Source of the DNA: Nitrospirota bacterium | GTDB lineage: Bacteria > Nitrospirota > Nitrospiria > Nitrospirales > Nitrospiraceae | Reading direction: 5' to 3' | DNA length: 64,000 nt | NCBI GenBank assembly: GCA_963701855.1 | Contig: CAVPBK010000006.1 | Location: forward strand, 704,001 to 768,000 | In this document: positions 61,274 through 64,000 of the stretch, piece after piece | How the letters are laid out: every line of letters starts with the position of its first letter | How positions within the stretch are numbered: the stretch's first letter is position 1 | Translations under genes and position numbers: made by a program | Notes under the pieces: generated by a model | The model's database searches: none | What the model was told of the DNA's origin: nothing | Seen by the model: the letters and a program-made list of their open reading frames with translations, nothing else

Positions 61274-61864
61274 ATGTCGTCTACGTCATCTGGCTTCAGC
61301 ATTTTGTTGCTCAGTGGTGACCCGGATATCCAGAGTCAGTTTAAGCACGCGTTCAAAGATGCTTCCGTGACTGTTGCGAAATACTCGTCCACGCTACCGA
61401 AGGACGTGACCCGACGCACGTTTGATGCGGTCATCATCGAATTGAAACCCGGCTCATCCAGTGGAACCTCCATCATACCTGCCAACATTGATCTCACGCA
61501 CACCTTGGTGATCGTCGGTTCTCGAACTGTGCTGAAACGAGCCTCCAAGTTCATGCTAGCGACGGCGCAACGGAAAATTGCGGAAGCCAATGGGAAAGAA
61601 GCCTTATCTCTTGAGGACTATCTCGAATGGAAGATGGGGGACTTTGTAAAAGGGATGAGAAACGGTTCCGGGCAGAACCTACATCCCATGTTGATCAGTG
61701 CCATTGAACGTCCCTTGATCACCAAAGCACTTCAGGAAACCAGGGGCAACCAGATTCAGGCAGCAGAACTGTTGGGCTTGAATCGCAATACCCTCAGGAA
61801 GAAAATCCATGACTTGCACATTCCCATGAAACGGAATAGGACCACGCAGATGCGAGAGGCCTGA
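61274..61864 (+). CDS. Fis-type HTH regulator with degenerate receiver-like N-terminus
   Basis: ALQETRGNQIQAAELLGLNRNTLRKKI. Confidence 0.85.
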   Translation: MSSTSSGFSILLLSGDPDIQSQFKHAFKDASVTVAKYSSTLPKDVTRRTFDAVIIELKPGSSSGTSIIPANIDLTHTLVIVGSRTVLKRASKFMLATAQRKIAEANGKEALSLEDYLEWKMGDFVKGMRNGSGQNLHPMLISAIERPLITKALQETRGNQIQAAELLGLNRNTLRKKIHDLHIPMKRNRTTQMREA

Positions 61865-61968
61865 TATGTCTGCGCACGTTCCCGAAATGCCGGACTCATA
61901 TAGATGCGGTAACAGCAAACGTCGGTGACAAGGAATCGCGTAGTTCAACTCAAAATAGGAGGGGCACG

Positions 61969-62241
61969 ATGACAAAAGAAGAGCTGATCGCAAAGATGGC
62001 GGCATCCGCCGGCATCACGAAAGTTGCGGCAGGCACTGCATTACAGGCCTTCACCGGAGCGGTGACCACGTCCCTGAAGAAAGGGCAGCGCGTCTCCCTA
62101 GTGAATTTTGGTACCTTTACGGTAGCTAAGCGGAAGGCTCGTCTCGGGCGGAATCCAAGAACCGGTGAGGCGTTGCGGATTCCCGCAGCCAAAGTCCCGA
62201 AGTTTTCGGCAGGGAAAATCTTGAAGTCAGCCGTCAGGTAA
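61969..62241 (+). CDS. hup: DNA-binding protein HU
   Basis: MTKEELI, FGTF, GRNPRTG, PKFSAGK; AGGAGG RBS. Confidence 0.95.
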   Translation: MTKEELIAKMAASAGITKVAAGTALQAFTGAVTTSLKKGQRVSLVNFGTFTVAKRKARLGRNPRTGEALRIPAAKVPKFSAGKILKSAVR

Positions 62242-62282
62242 CGTCGTGCGATCATCAGATCGCGCATCTGGCAAGCAAGAGA

Positions 62283-62320
62283 GAAGGCGGCGTACTCCAC
62301 CAAAGGAGTACGCCGCCTTC
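62283..62320 (+). terminator. hairpin terminator after hup
   Basis: Perfect 16-bp stem GAAGGCGGCGTACTCC/GGAGTACGCCGCCTTC. Confidence 0.75.
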
Positions 62321-62349
62321 ACATTTGCGTTTCAGTATGACATCTCCTT

Positions 62350-62462
62350 GACCGGTGCGGTAACCTGAGCAGTGGCTGTAAAACGAAAACGATCGGCCAC
62401 ACATGTAGATCTGCTGTGCGGACGGTCTTCGAACCCGGGTTCAACTCCCGGCGCCTCCACCA
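62350..62462 (+). pseudogene. ssrA: 3' fragment of tmRNA
   Basis: Ends CCGGG-TTCAACT-CCCGG-CGCCTCC-A-CCA (T-arm and Ala-type acceptor strand) after ACACATGTAGA; no 5' half in the window; left boundary approximate. Confidence 0.75.
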
Positions 62463-62736
62463 AAAACAACTCGCGAGGGAATGGGAGAGGGCAACCCGTC
62501 CCCCGCTCGGTCATGGCGGGCCCCAGACAGTCATGCGGGCTTCGCCGGTAAGTCGAAGGGGGCTCCAACCCTCGTCGCGGAACTTACGCTCGCGAGTCCC
62601 GTCCCCTCTTGTTTGTGCCCGAGTGTTCCTATGTTCACCCTAGATTTGTCCGCCTCTTTTCGTTACTCTGACGGGCATGCCTTGCGCCGTCGTGAAATTG
62701 AATTCCGTTGCGTGTTGAATCTGGAGTGACAGGAGC

Positions 62737-63702
62737 ATGTGGGCTCAACGGATGGTTCCCGTCGTGGTGATCAGTCTGTGGGTGGCGGGGTGGTTCCTCG
62801 GCCTCGCCCTTGCCAACGAGCCGGTCCCTGCCAAACCAGAATCAACCCCAGTCAAGCCTGAATCGGGTCCGGCAAAGTTGGAGTCTTCGCCGGTCAAACC
62901 ACGCTCAGCAGGGAGTGACACAAAGCCGGCGGAGAAGACGCAACATCCGACCAACGGAAGCCCCGCCTCGAAAGCCACTGTCCTCCCAGCGACGATCCTC
63001 GGCAAGGATGGGGCACCCATGGTGCTGGTGCCGGCCGGGGAGTTTCCGATGGGGAGCGAGCAGGGCGATGACGACGAGCAGCCCGTCCACCGCGTCTTTC
63101 TCGACAGTTTTTATCTGGACACGTTCGAAGTGACGAACGGGCAGTTTGCGAAGTTTGTCGTCGCGATTCAGAGTGAACCACCGTGGGGGTTTGCGGACCA
63201 GGAGACGCCGGTGCTCCATGCCGAGCGGCCGGTGCGCTGGGTGAACTGGCTGGAGGCCACGGGCTATTGTCTCTGGGCGGGGAAGCGCTTGCCGACCGAA
63301 GCCGAGTGGGAGAAGGCGGCCCGGGGCCCGGAGGGCCGCCTCTATCCGTGGGGGAGCGATCCCCCGACGCCCCTGCATGCGGTCTTTGGGTTGAAGGAAG
63401 GGACGGAGACGGTCTCGCCCATTGGGGATCGGAACAAGGGCACCAGCCCCTATGGGGTCCATGATCTGGCCGGCAATCTCTATGAATGGGTCGCCGACTG
63501 GTACGACGATGCGTTCTACACGCCGCTGCCTGCGCTCAATCCCCGGGGCCCGATGGAGGGCACGACGAAGGTACAGCGCGGCGGCTCGTACATCAATGGG
63601 CCGTATCGGCTCCGGGCCGCCTTTCGGACAAAAAGCGACCCCACCGAGCATGACCCCCACGTCGGCTTTCGCTGTGTGCAAGACGTGCCGCCCCTGCCGT
63701 AG
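62737..63702 (+). CDS. formylglycine-generating enzyme (SUMF1) family exported protein
   Basis: FPMGS, EVTN, RLPTEAEWEKAARG, DLAGNLYEW, RGGSY, VGFRC; signal peptide. Confidence 0.93.
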   Translation: MWAQRMVPVVVISLWVAGWFLGLALANEPVPAKPESTPVKPESGPAKLESSPVKPRSAGSDTKPAEKTQHPTNGSPASKATVLPATILGKDGAPMVLVPAGEFPMGSEQGDDDEQPVHRVFLDSFYLDTFEVTNGQFAKFVVAIQSEPPWGFADQETPVLHAERPVRWVNWLEATGYCLWAGKRLPTEAEWEKAARGPEGRLYPWGSDPPTPLHAVFGLKEGTETVSPIGDRNKGTSPYGVHDLAGNLYEWVADWYDDAFYTPLPALNPRGPMEGTTKVQRGGSYINGPYRLRAAFRTKSDPTEHDPHVGFRCVQDVPPLP

Positions 63703-63712
63703 GCCGCGCGGC

Positions 63713-64000
63713 CTAGCGTGCCGCCTTGGCCTCGCGTTTCGTCGGGCTGCCGGCGGGCGGACCGGCAAGGAAGGGATAGACCACGCCTGCAAGGGCGCCG
63801 CCCAGGATCGGCGCGACCCAGAAGAGCCAGAGTTGTTGCAGGGCCCAGCCGTCGGCAAAGACGGCCGTGGCGGTGCTGCGCGCCGGGTTGAGGGAGAGAT
63901 TGGTGACCGGAATCCCGGCCCAATTGATCAGGGCCACGGCGAGGCCGATGGCCAAGGGGGCGAAGCCCTGGGGGGCCCGGCTGTCCGTCGAGCCCAGAAT
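63713..64000 (-). CDS. aquaporin (AqpZ-like), C-terminal part
   Basis: [25 protein letters not shown]; start lies beyond the window. Confidence 0.9.
   Translation of the reverse strand: MLGSTDSRAPQGFAPLAIGLAVALINWAGIPVTNLSLNPARSTATAVFADGWALQQLWLFWVAPILGGALAGVVYPFLAGPPAGSPTKREAKAAR

Noticed and set aside
62463..62620. Possible permuted (two-piece) tmRNA, with GGGGGCT near 62558 as the 5' end
   Set aside because: The seventh acceptor pair fails, there is no GGNTTCGAC-type D-loop motif and no tag frame; it looks like a GC-rich repeat
62827..62901. 21-bp tandem repeat encoding PxKPESx units
   Set aside because: Ordinary low-complexity linker after a signal peptide

Overview
A 64-kb bacterial chromosomal segment. 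Gene content and the intergenic repeat families suggest a Nitrospira-like organism; this is inference, with no database search done. The core backbone holds gpmA, ttcA-mtnBDC-msrA, aroK/aroE/trmI, a sigma-70 factor, lipB, gdhA, the pheA-hisC-aroF-tyrA-aroA-cmk-plsC-rpsA-sppA-ihfB cluster, yebC-ruvA-ruvB, an Rrf2-led sulfate-assimilation operon and HU. Three accessory structures are not visible from the ORF track. (1) A decayed integron at about 50.5-52.8 kb with an inverted-type layout: a pseudogenised IntI C-terminus reads toward an attI-like site and two gene cassettes (5'-nucleotidase-like and DUF2971-like), each closed by an attC, and the integrase is cut off at a MITE-like repeat. (2) A 10.5-kb island integrated in tRNA-Arg(TCG) with a 38-bp direct repeat and no recognisable integrase. 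It carries an IS110 remnant that keeps a bridge-RNA-like non-coding end, an LCIB/theta-carbonic-anhydrase-like gene, a paralogous lipoprotein pair, an IS3 element, DedA, a TIR-like gene and a frameshifted HEPN-motif gene. (3) An orphan tmRNA 3' fragment followed by GC-richer DNA. Also notable are two proteins built from tandem PCP_red-like domains (one beside an Mrp ATPase), a sulfite reductase-HEPN-TusA fusion with a TrpD/YbiB-like gene in its operon, and a modular MITE/REP family. Five single-base insertions at 48.8-57.4 kb are probably sequencing or assembly errors.
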